Part shown: positions 51,951 through 64,000 of the stretch, one piece after another
How the letters are laid out: each line of letters opens with the position of its first letter
Numbering within the stretch: the first letter of the stretch is position 1
Origin: Octopus vulgaris
Taxonomy: Eukaryota
Assembly (NCBI GenBank): GCA_951406725.2
Contig: OX597825.1
Span: 22,816,001-22,880,000 of the forward strand
Direction: 5' to 3'
Length of the DNA: 64,000 bases
Position numbers and translations under genes: made by a program
Notes under the pieces: generated by a model
The model's database searches: none
The model's input: the letters and a program-made list of their open reading frames with translations, nothing else
Told to the model about the DNA's origin: nothing

Positions 51951-52167
51951 AGGCGGCGAGCTGGCAGAAACGTTAGCACGTCGGGCGAAATGCTTAGTGG
52001 TACGTTCTGAGTTCAAATTCCGCTGAGGTCGACTTTGCCTTTCATCCTTTCGGGGTCGATAAATTAAGTACCAGTTAAGCACTGGGGTTGATATAATCGA
52101 CTTAATCCGTTTGTCTGTCCTTGTTTGTCCCTTCTGTGTTTAGCCCCTTGTGGGTAGTAAAGAAATA
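51951..52167 (+). mobile_element. SINE family C, full length
   Basis: GGCGGCGAGCTGGCAGAA head to GTAAAGAAATA tail; exact 18-bp TSD GGTTGTTTTATGCTTCTT at 51923-51940 and 52168-52185. Confidence 0.92.
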
Positions 52168-52394
52168 GGTTGTTTTATGCTTCTTTAGTTTTGGGTAGTG
52201 TTTTTTTTTTTGTGAGCAGTCTTTTAGCTTATGCGAACATATACCCGTGCGCATGCGTTCGTTTGTGAGTGTGTGTGCGCGTGTGTGTTCACCGGTGCAT
52301 ACTATCTGTCCTGTCTTTTATTTTTTCCCCCTTTTTGACAAATACATACATGCATACACACACATTTTTTTTTCTGTAGTTTCAGCTCAGAGTT

Positions 52395-52884
52395 GTGGCC
52401 ATGCTGAGGCACCGCCGTTTTCTTATAACAAGGCTTTGGTTGGCTCGAGGCTATAGTAGAAGACACTTTCCCAGGATGCCACGCAGTGGGACTGAACCCA
52501 GAACCATGTGGTTGGTAAGCAAACTATTTACCACACAGCCACTCCTGCGCCTATATATATATATAAATATATATTCTTTTATTTTTTCATTCTTTTACTT
52601 GTTTCAGTCCGTTGACTGCGGCCATGCAGGAGCATCGCCTTTAGCCGAACAAATCTACCCCAGGACTTATTCTTTGTAAGCATAGTGCTTATTCTAAAGG
52701 TCACTTTTGCCGTACCGCTATGTTACAGGGATTTAAATACACTAACATCGTTTGACAAGCAATGATGTGAGGTGGGGCGGGACAAACACAGACGCACAAA
52801 CACACACACACATACATACATACATATATACATATATACATATATACTTATATACATATATACATATATATATGTATATAAGTA

Positions 52885-52937
<53 letters not shown>

Positions 52938-53222
52938 CAATGGGTGAATAAATTATCTTATGTTTACCGTTAACATGGAAAATTCAATGAACCGTTACCA
53001 GGGTAACACCGTTTATTCCTTTGGAATAAAACCATGTTGTCTTCGAAACATATGTCGAAAGTAAAAGAATTTTATTAACATCTTCGTTAAACTCCATTTA
53101 TTTATTTATTCATATATATATATATACAACGGGCTTCGTTTAGTTTCTATCTAAAATATCTATTCACAAGGTTTCGTCGGCCCGTGACTATAGTGGAGGA
53201 CATTTGACCAAACTGCCACGTT
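52395..53222 (-). mobile_element. Cluster of SINE family B pieces; one is split by an insert in its internal microsatellite
   Basis: 5' half at about 52430-52552, 3' half at about 52592-52800, and a further 5' half at about 53148-53222. Confidence 0.75.
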
Positions 53223-53868
53223 TGGAAGCTAATTTCAATTTTATTGAATAAATTGACTCTTCCGTATGTTAAGTTATTTCTATGTAATTTTGGTAGAGAT
53301 ATTTGTTAAAATGAGATGCCAGTGTTATTTTCATGTTTACATAATTTAGACAAGTGTATACACCGCACCCTGTATATTCTTTATTTTCTATCTACTTATT
53401 TCTCCTTCCTCGGAATTTAACTTGTGTGTATATATCTATGAATATAAGTATGAATGAACACATGTATATAGGTTTGTGTTTCCCTGCGTATATGTATGTA
53501 TAAGGTCCTATTTTTTAAGTGTGTGTATGTAGATGTGTGTATGCCTGTGTATATATATGTGTATACCTCTCTCTATGTGATTTATATATGGGTATATGTA
53601 AATGTTTGTGCGTGTACGTGTGTTAGAATTTCTATGTGTGTATGCTTGTGAATAAACACTCCCTATTTAAACAGTGAATATTGAACCCCAGGAATCGATT
53701 TTAAGCGAGAAACTTCTATCACGGTCACCTATTGCAAACTTATAAATATCAAATTATTAAAGTGGAAAAATATCAGAAAAGCCATTTCTGTTCATTTTTT
53801 TCAAATATATAATACTGTATCAAGGACATTCCATTTCTTATTCTACCATATGTATATATATATGTATG

Positions 53869-53930
<62 letters not shown>

Positions 53931-53947
53931 TATACATATATATATAG

Positions 53948-53993
<46 letters not shown>

Positions 53994-54060
53994 AAAAATA
54001 ATGGAATTATTATCCCCTTATTGAGCACAACTAATTAGCGCTCCAATAGAGCCTCAGGGA

Positions 54061-54859
<799 letters not shown>

Positions 54860-55451
54860 GATATGTTAACCTCGTGAGGGGATGGTTGCAATCAAGGAAT
54901 GTTGGTTCAATGCCTAGTATTTGGGCGGAATGAAATTTCCTGAAAACAATAGGTGGATATAAAGCATATAAATTACAACCATTTAAAAGTAAAGAATATG
55001 GAGATTAGGAAATTAACACGTCTTTATGAACAAAAAATTTGTCATCGTCGCTAATTACAGCCGTTTCAATTAGTAGTCGATAATTTAATTACAAATTTGT
55101 ACATGAAATTTACATTTATATGACATGAGCAATAATTTCATCAAAGGAAAAACGATGTGCTTTTGGGTGTTATATGTAGGGTAATCAATTCGTTTCAGCA
55201 AATAAATATATATATATATATACATACAGATACACACATACGCGCACGTATAAAGGGATGTGTAAGTGGCCTCTTAACTAGATTATACATACGTGTATCC
55301 ACACATTCGTGTAGTGATATCAGACTGTACATGTCTAGGGTTCAGATGTTTGTAATGGAGGCTCATTACTAATTAATTTCATGCGTTATGTATTCATTTG
55401 TCATTCATTTATAACATATTTGTGATACATGTACTTACAAACGGAAATATA

Positions 55452-55722
<271 letters not shown>

Positions 55723-56375
55723 ATCTATGTTTTGGTTTTTATATATGGTCTCTCTTATCTTTTATTCAGACAGTTCTGACTACTTTATCATGTCCTCTTT
55801 TTATGATTACAGTTTTGATTGGAAGGCCATCTAGCAGCTATTTCTTGCTTGTCGTATGACCTGTTGGCTCATCTGTAAGAAGTAATAATCTGTGGAGGAG
55901 TGCACGACAGATTGATCATTTTTATGGTTTCATTGTTCGGAGATTTGCTGATTCACAAATCACCAGTGCTAAACAATAATAAAATTTCTAGCATCTGTAA
56001 AGGTAGAATGCTGTTTTGACAAAATTTATCTAAGTACCTTAGCAGTATTTTGTACATCTGAGCACCGTGGACATAAGAACATGCTGATTCCAACAGAGAA
56101 CTTATGTATTCGTCCGACTTTCATGTCGATTCCATTTTAGAATTTAAATATAATTAAATTGAACTTTGGCCTGTTTACCGTTTTTCTAAGCTTTCCAAAT
56201 TTTCTATACAACATATATGAGAACATATTGTATTTGTATTTACAGAACACCCGAGATTTTGGCCGGAGGCATTTTCTTCTCCAATACTGTTGATTGCACT
56301 ACAGCCACGCTCTTTCTTTCTCTCCTCTCCTCCTTTCACTTTCACCAATTATCTATCTCTCTATATATATGTTAG

Positions 56376-56512
<137 letters not shown>

Positions 56513-57339
56513 GTTATTGATCATATTTCTCGATAAGAATTCTAGATAACAAAATTTCGATTAAAATTTATTCCGGTCTAACTTTGATTTCGATCCCTAG
56601 AAATCAGATAAAAACAAATGCACCAACCGGTGTTGATTTAATCGAATTCTACTCTGGAAGATACCATTATCTCAAAGAAACTATCGGAGTGGCAAGAACA
56701 CGTTGTGCACATAACCTCATGCGAATACATTCTACATTCAAACCCCCAATGTGCTCCGTATAGTGTCCCATCGTTGCAAAGCCGATAAAACTCTGTCGTC
56801 CGTACAGTTACACGAATGTGAATTTGATTCTTTGTGGCAGTCAGAAAAAAAAATCAATATTAATTAAAAGTAAGAGTTAGAAGCAGGAAAGCTATTGTCG
56901 GAATAAATACCTGTGAGTTTATTTATCTGGCTTTATATTTATTCTTCGTTCAAACTACACCCGTGTTTCCTTTCGTTTTAATCTATGGAGGACAGATTAA
57001 AATAAATTAATACGATTCCATACACTTGGGTCGATTGCTTTTACATTAGAATGGTTACAATCTAATGTGAGAAATCAATAATAGATTTTTTTTTTTTAAT
57101 GCTGAATTCAATTGAAAATTATCGTGAAGTTTCAAAAGTGATACAGATCACAAAGTTTATGAACTAAGACAAAAATTAGGATTCTGGCAAACTAAATCTT
57201 TGGCGCTATTTCAGGCTGTCAATCTCTCAATCAATTTAATTTCGTTTTATATTTCTACGACTAATATCCTTCAGGGAATGTTTCTGTGTATCTCTTGCTC
57301 ATCTGTTTTGTTTTTTTGTTTGTTTTTTTCACAAAATTA

Positions 57340-58028
57340 ATTGTTTCAGTCATTTGAGTGCGGTCACACTGGAGCACTTTCTCAAAGAGTTTTACTCGAA
57401 CAAATCGACCCCAGTGTTTTTTTTTTAATCTTAGTACTTATTTTATCGGTCACTTTTGCCGCGATGTTATGTTATCGGGATGTAAAACAATAAACGTCGC
57501 CCTTTTCAACCCTAGCCAGGCTCAGGAGCCCGGTTTCCCGGTTTCTTTAGCGTATGCGTTCCTCCCAGCTGGACGCGACGCCGGTCCATCACAGCGTTAC
57601 TCGAGAAACAGGAAGAGAGAGAGTCGCCCTCCCCTCCCCCCTGTCGGAGCTTCTTGTAGGTGTTTTCGTTCACTAAACACACACAACGCCCGATCTTGGA
57701 ATCGAAACCGCGATCCAATGACCTCGAGTCTGCTGCCCTAACCACTGGGCCATTGCGCCTCTACTATGGGGATGTAAACAAGCCAATATTGGTTTTCAAG
57801 CTGTAGGAGGAACAACACAAAAACAAATACACGCACGCTCACACCCACACGCTCACACTCACACACACACACGACAAGCTTCAACGCTTCAACTTGGTTT
57901 TCGTCTACGAAGTTCTCTCACAGGACATATTACCGTCCAAGGCTATACTAGAAGACACTATCCGAAGATGCCGAAGGTGCAGCGGTGTGGGTCTGAAACA
58001 ACGTGGTTACAAAGTCATGCCTACGCCT
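57340..58028 (-). mobile_element. SINE family B interrupted by a nested family A SINE (about 57495-57763, minus, tail type 3-like)
   Basis: Family B tail at 57340-57490 and head at 57880-58028; GGGATGTAAA(A)CAA is duplicated around the nested copy. Confidence 0.8.
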
Positions 58029-58229
58029 ATTGATGTTAATTAAGCAAAATCAAAGGAATGTTGATTTCTTATTTGCCTGAAGATTATATCTGGCAGATAA
58101 TTTCCGTACATTCCTATATGGAATTAGTAAACTAACTAGAAATAGTTACCAAACACGCCATAAACTATACACAACAGTGATGAAAAGTGAATGTCACATC
58201 ACGTCTAACAATACAGGACTAGATGCATA

Positions 58230-59560
58230 GACGAGGTTAGGCTCAAAAGTTCATAGGCGGACTATGAATGAGTGATGCTAGAAATGTGAAATTTCAAATC
58301 TTCGTATAAATAGCAGAATTGTTTCTTACCAGGTAAACTGACATCTGACTATTCAAAGAAGTCTTCAATAGTATCTAGTGACTTCTCTTGAAACTTGACA
58401 TAATGTGGCATCGTTGTGCAAAGTAACTTCAGAAAAGACGATTTAGTCTCCAAGGGTTTATGGATGACGTTCCAGCTTTATTATCAGTGGGAAAGGGAGC
58501 AGCTGAATTTAAGAAGAAGGGAATGTCTTGAAGATGATCCAAGTACCGAAGTAATAATCTGTGGAGCGCACGACTAGTTGATCATTTTTATGGTTCCATT
58601 GTTCGGAGACTTGCTGATTCACATGGATCGTATTCAACACGTGGTGATGGATGACAGGTGATTGACTCTAAATCCCATAGCCAATGCTATCAGCATATCC
58701 AGTGAGAAAGTTGAGAATATTCTACACAAGGAACTTATTTCTTTATTGCCCACAAAGGGTCTAAACATAGAGGGGACAAACAAGGACAGACAAAGAGATT
58801 AAATCGATTACATCGACCCCAGTGTGTAACTGGTACTTATTTAATCGACTCCGAAAGGATGAAAGGTAAAGTCGACCTCGGCGGAATTTGAACCCAGAAC
58901 GTAACGGCAGACGAAATACCGCTAAGCATTTCGCTCGGCGTGCTAACGACGTTTCTGCCAGCTTTCCGCCTTCTACACAAGGAACTTGGCACGACAAAGG
59001 CTTGTACTCGGTGATTGGTACGTCTTCTGACACATGATCAAAATCGTACCAGGATGATCACACCACGGGAAAATCTGACATTATCCAGGACAAATTCAGT
59101 TGGTTCCCATGAAAGTTTCCTAGTCAGAATAAATGTTGAGTTCATCACTTTGAGCCAAAGGGAAAAAGACAACCCATGCGGTGGAAACACCCCTCTTCAC
59201 CGGCTTCAAAGAAGGTGATGGCCTCAGTTTTTGGAAAGCAAATGGTATTGTGCTTAATGACTAATTTGGAAAGGGTCACAAAATCAATAGGGTGTACTAT
59301 GCAAACTTAGTACTTTTCAGTATAGTTACACCATAGATGGAGAGTATATTGCCAGTTACGGTTTCGATGCCTACTTGGCGTGAGTAAATTTAAACTGGTA
59401 GATCACCCTCGCAATTCTCTTGATTTGACCCCCATCTGAGAGTCATCTGTTTCCCTAACATAAACAAAACACTTGGCTGAGAAGCAGTATCGCAGTGACA
59501 AGCATATCATATCCGCTGTGGATGTGTTTTTTTAACAACAGGTTGTGGGGCTATGCTAAA
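58230..59560 (+). pseudogene. mariner (DD34D-type) transposon remnant
   Basis: AAEFK..LEDDP, VMDDR, IANAISIS.E.VENILHKELG..K...R..RLLT.DQ.R.R, HHFEP, WKHPSSP, ASVF, YYANL, VDHP..S.DL.P..HLFP..K.HL motifs; interrupted by a SINE and a templated insert. Confidence 0.85.
58737..58970 (-). mobile_element. SINE family C, full length, inserted in the mariner
   Basis: Exact 17-bp TSD TTCTACACAAGGAACTT at 58720-58736 and 58971-58987. Confidence 0.93.
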
Positions 59561-59649
59561 GAATAAACCACAGTTGGACACTTTCCGTGGGAGTATCTTG
59601 TTCGGACTATGATATTTTCAGATGACGCTTGTATACACGCATGTGAATA

Positions 59650-59734
<85 letters not shown>

Positions 59735-59756
59735 CTATGTTTGTATGTGTGTGACC

Positions 59757-60150
59757 GTGGAGGCACAGTGGCCCAGTGGTTAGGGCAGCGGACTCGCGGT
59801 CGCAGGATCGCGGTTTCGATTCCCAGACCGGGCGTTGTGAGTGTTTATTGAGCGAAAACACCTAAAGCTCCACGAGGCTCCGGCAGGGATGGTGGTGATC
59901 CCTGCTGTACTCTTTCACCACAACTTTCTCTCACTCTTACTTCCTGTTTCTATTGTACCTGTATTTCAAAGGACCGGCCTTGTCACTCTCTGTGTCACGC
60001 TGAATATCCCCGAGAACTACGTTAAGGGTGCACGTGTCTGTGGAGTGCTCAGCCACTTACACGTTAATTTCACGAGCAGGCTGTTCCGTTGATTCGGATC
60101 AACCGGAACCCTCGTCGTCGTAACCGACGGAGTGCTTTCAGTTCAGTTTC
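59757..60150 (+). mobile_element. SINE family A, full length, tail type 1
   Basis: 12-bp TSD ATGTGTGTGACC at 59745-59756 and 60151-60162; near-identical to 12690-13073. Confidence 0.93.
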
Positions 60151-61311
60151 ATGTGTGTGACCTAATCCAATCAAATCTGCTTTCTTTTATATTGCTCAAA
60201 ATTTTGATCATTTCATTATATTAGAGTTACTTCCCTTGATTTTTTAGCTTGGATTTTAACTCCCGCCCCTTCCTCTTTATTTCTAATTTGGATTATCTGA
60301 AAACAACGAAACAGTTGAAAGACAAAACTTTCCCTTTGAGATTGTTTCAGACTGTTTTTTTCTTATCAGATACAAGTTTTCCTGCTCACAATCTCGCATA
60401 AATTATTCCCAAACGTTACTTTCATGCGTATAGTTCACAACTCTACAACGTCTACTACTTTAGCGTAATCAATACGTGGTGAAATATTGATTTGGTAGGG
60501 AGGAATTTAGCAAACTACTTTACGTGGGAGTGAGTATAAACAGTAGAACCAATTACAGCAGTTCGCTGAACATTTTTTATGTCTACAACGTAGACAGGAA
60601 ATATATAAAATATATGAAATAATTATTAGTTACAGAAGCAGGACTTACACCAGACCTTTATATCCAATTCAATGTTTTTGTTTTGTTAGAATGAACAAAA
60701 GTGCGGAAGAAGTATCAACGCCGAATACTGCGGTATACGCCTTGATAGGATTTCTGACAAGGACGCATGGTGCATAAAAGTACATATCTCTATATGGTCT
60801 CTATATCGGACCTGTTAGATCGGGTGATTTCGATATGCTGCTCCTCGTCTGTGATAACTGTCCGCTACCTGCATACTAGCCTCATCTTACTGTCAAGGAT
60901 ATATAGAATTGTACTTTTATGAACCATACGTGTGTATGAGAAGTCATTGCAAGGTGACAATCGTAGTCTTCGGTGTTCTAAAGAAACTTTCGTGTTACGT
61001 TCGAAAGAAAGATTGTGTTTAGGCATTAATACAGTTTCTGTCGCCAGTAATTATCATAAACCTGAGTCTGTTTGCGACAAGTTACAGGAATTTTATATAT
61101 CGTTGGGTGTGAGATTTACCAGGTATGCAGCCAGCAGATTCGTCATCACTGAACTGACGCAATACGTCGGAATAACATAATCTGGCTATATACATACGTA
61201 TAATTGCATATATGTGTGTGTGTATATGTGTGAGTGTGTATGTGTGTGTGTGTATTTATGCATAAATGTATGTATTTATATATATATACATATATGTGTA
61301 TGTATGTGGTA

Positions 61312-61702
61312 TGTAGCTTGCTTACTAACCACATGGTTCCGGGTTCAGTCAAATTGCGTGGTACCTTGGGCAAGTGTCTTCTACTATAGCCATGGGCCGA
61401 CCAAAGCCTTGTGAGTGGATTTGGTAGACGGAAAATGAAAGAAGCCCGTCGTATATATGTATGTATATATATCTATGTATGTATGTGTGTATGTATATGT
61501 TTGTGTGCCTATGTCCCCCCCCAACATCGCTTGACAACCGATGCTTTTGTGTTTACGTCCCCGTCACTTAGCGGTTCGGCAAAGAGACCGAGAGAATAAG
61601 TACTAGGGGTCTTATCTGAATAAGTCCTGGTGTCGATTTGCTCGAATAAAGGTGGTGCTCCAGCTTGGCCACAGTCAAATGATTGAAACAAGTGAAAGAG
61701 TA
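61312..61702 (+). mobile_element. SINE family B, near full length
   Basis: Head (GCTTGCTTAC.AACCACATGGTTCCGGGTTCAGTC), CORE-like CCTTGGGCAAGTGTCTTCTAC, internal microsatellite and tail. Confidence 0.88.
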
Positions 61703-61979
61703 AATATATATAACTATACACGCATACCTACATTACAAACAACGACGAACGTTGAATCTGTGTAAGGCGAAGTTAAACACCGATACGTAATTTTGACAGG
61801 TCTCTATGAAGAAATAGCAAGAGGCAAAGACTGAATTTCAAGATGTAGCGAGTAAAAAAAAAAAAGTATATGTTTTTGCATGGAATTGATATTTACAAAA
61901 TTTCAAATATTTTGCATAAGCGATGATAATCATTTAATTACTCTCAATGTCGATGGAATCCGAAACGGAACCCTTTATT

Positions 61980-62137
61980 TGCGTTCTGAGTTCAAGTTCC
62001 GCCGAGGTCGACTTTGTATTTCATCTTTTCGGCGTCGATAAGATAAATGCCAATTGAACACATGGGTTGATGTAATCGACTGATTCCCTCTAAAATTGCT
62101 TCCATTGGGGCAAAATTTGAAACCATTATTATTATTA

Positions 62138-62184
<47 letters not shown>

Positions 62185-62241
62185 GTTATCATTATTATTG
62201 CTCTTGCTATTATTATTATCATTGTTATTATTATTATTATT

Positions 62242-62291
<50 letters not shown>

Positions 62292-62662
62292 TATGATTAT
62301 TATTATTATTATTATTATTTAACTTCGCTGGACAAGTAGCTTAATGGCATTTCGTCCACCTTTAAGTTCTGAGTTCAAATTCAGCCGAGGTCGACTTTGC
62401 CTTTGGGTGGGGGGATAAAATAAGTACCACACTATCACTGTGGTGGATGTACTCGACTAAAACAAAATTGCTGGCATTGTGCCAAATTTTGAAATCATCA
62501 TCATCTTCATCATCATTGTTCAAATATCGCAAAGGTCGCTTTTACCTTTCATCTTTTCGGGGTCGATAAAATAAGTACCAGTTGCCTACTGTGGTCGATG
62601 TAATCACCTATCCTCCTTCCCCAAAATAGCAGGCTTTATGCCTATGGGAGGAAGTATTATTA
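61980..62662 (+). mobile_element. Three truncated SINE family C copies separated by (ATT)/(ATC)n
   Basis: Repeated TTCTGAGTTCAA..GCCGAGGTCGACTTTG..GATAA.ATAA.T.CCA..GATGTAATC..AAAATTGCT units. Confidence 0.8.
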
Positions 62663-63749
62663 TTTTTGGTATCGATATCTTGCTTCGACCCTTCGGTCAT
62701 TGCTACACGTCACGTAATTTAGACATCCTAACAAAGAACAATACTTCCAATCTAAAATAAACCATAAATATTCTGAAAATTTCATGAAGTTTTTAAATAC
62801 CGATTTTAATTTTTCGATCGAATTTTTTCCTTTCAATTAATATTGATTCTGTTTCGTAGCGTTGCTGTTTATTTTGTAATTTAGTGATATAATTTTCAAT
62901 AGATTATTATTTTTAAGATTGATTAAAAAATGGGTTTTACAATGAGTCGAAATCCAGTTTGATTTGATTATATGGAATTCTGAAAGAAAAAAATGTATAA
63001 TAAATAAATAAATAATTTTTTTTCCAAGCAGGACTTCTTTCTTTTGTTCTTTACCAAATCTTTGAATGTTTCTGAAATATTATTTCACTTTTGAGTAGAA
63101 AACGCAGCACAAATTTTCTAAAAGAAAAAAAATAATAATAACAGAAGATTAAAATGATGATTCCTCTTCCAAGTTGCTATTCTTTTGGCACATTAATAAT
63201 GAGAATTTCTATATTTATAAGCAGTTAATTAAGAAAAAAAATCGACAATAAAATTAACTCATTCATCTGCACTTAATAGTGTTAATTGAAAGAAAAATAT
63301 ATCTCATTTCATTTGAAACACTTCTTCCGCACGTACGATGACTCCTCAAGAAATAATAAATTTGTAGACGTTTATAACTTTTTTTTAATATTACATTAAA
63401 TATGGAAACTGAAATATCCAGTTATTTTAACAATTACTGCCAACGACAAAAACGTGATATTGACACGGTTCGTCTTGGTAATTGAGAATAAAATGATTTC
63501 AGTTATATCGAAGAAGGTTACTATCGGCCAAATATACCTGGTTGGTACCCGGATACGCTCTTTTATTCCATTTAGTGTTGTGCTGTACATAAAATAATAA
63601 ATTATAGCTCTACTATTTAATGCTTGTGGACCAGATGCATGATCAAACTAGTTCACGCTGTTATCATCCAATTTACTTGTGTTTTTTCGTAATTATGTAA
63701 AGATTGTTACATTATCTTTATATGTAGTTTTATTGTGTTGTCTGGAAAA

Positions 63750-64000
63750 TTCGTGCCGATTTTTAAAGGAAAGAGAAAGGTCAATAAATACTTGGAAGAT
63801 GTGACCCACTTACTAAGTGGATGTGAGAGCCTTGCACAAAAAGAATACAAGCGCGCCACGACAATGAGTGTGCATCTTCATTGGCTCAATATGAAGTAAC
63901 AGAAAACTGGTATGATCTCGTACCAAGTAAAGTTATGCAGGAGGATGGAAAAATAACGATGCTCTAGGACTATGATTGTCATACGGATCCTGTAATCGAA
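63750..64000 (+). pseudogene. R4-like LINE CCHC/RLE remnant running off the window end
   Basis: CRF..., EDVTHLLSGCESLAQKEYKR(R)HDN, HW, NWYD.VP.KV..EDGKITML*DY...TD. Confidence 0.75.

Overview
AT-rich, repeat-saturated eukaryotic DNA that strongly resembles octopus (coleoid cephalopod) intergenic or intronic sequence. The species assignment is inferred from SINE and microsatellite style and was not verified. No intact protein-coding gene, rRNA, true tRNA gene or CRISPR array is evident, and most ORF-track entries are microsatellite translations. The window contains: (i) three abundant SINE families, several with exact target-site duplications (TSDs); (ii) decayed transposon coding remnants: Helitron Rep/Pif1 helicase, Tc1, maT-like and mariner transposases, several R4/Dong-like RLE-LINE 3' ends, Tx1/L1 and CR1-group 3' ends, and a possible Penelope-type RT piece; (iii) very long simple repeats. 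The most interesting hidden signal is a set of short non-coding elements, mostly embedded in (TA)n tracts, that carry minimal type I hammerhead ribozyme (HHR) motifs. At least seven recognisable motifs from about five sequence families are present. Two have complete catalytic cores with well-paired stems I and III (22292-22364 minus, 50125-50175 plus). One sits downstream of a Pol III tRNA-like head (18185-18780), suggesting a ribozyme-bearing SINE/retrozyme. The window also has two long inverted repeats, an inverted SINE duplicate sharing private mutations, and two apparent locally templated insertions. All calls were made by eye and boundaries are approximate unless a TSD is quoted.
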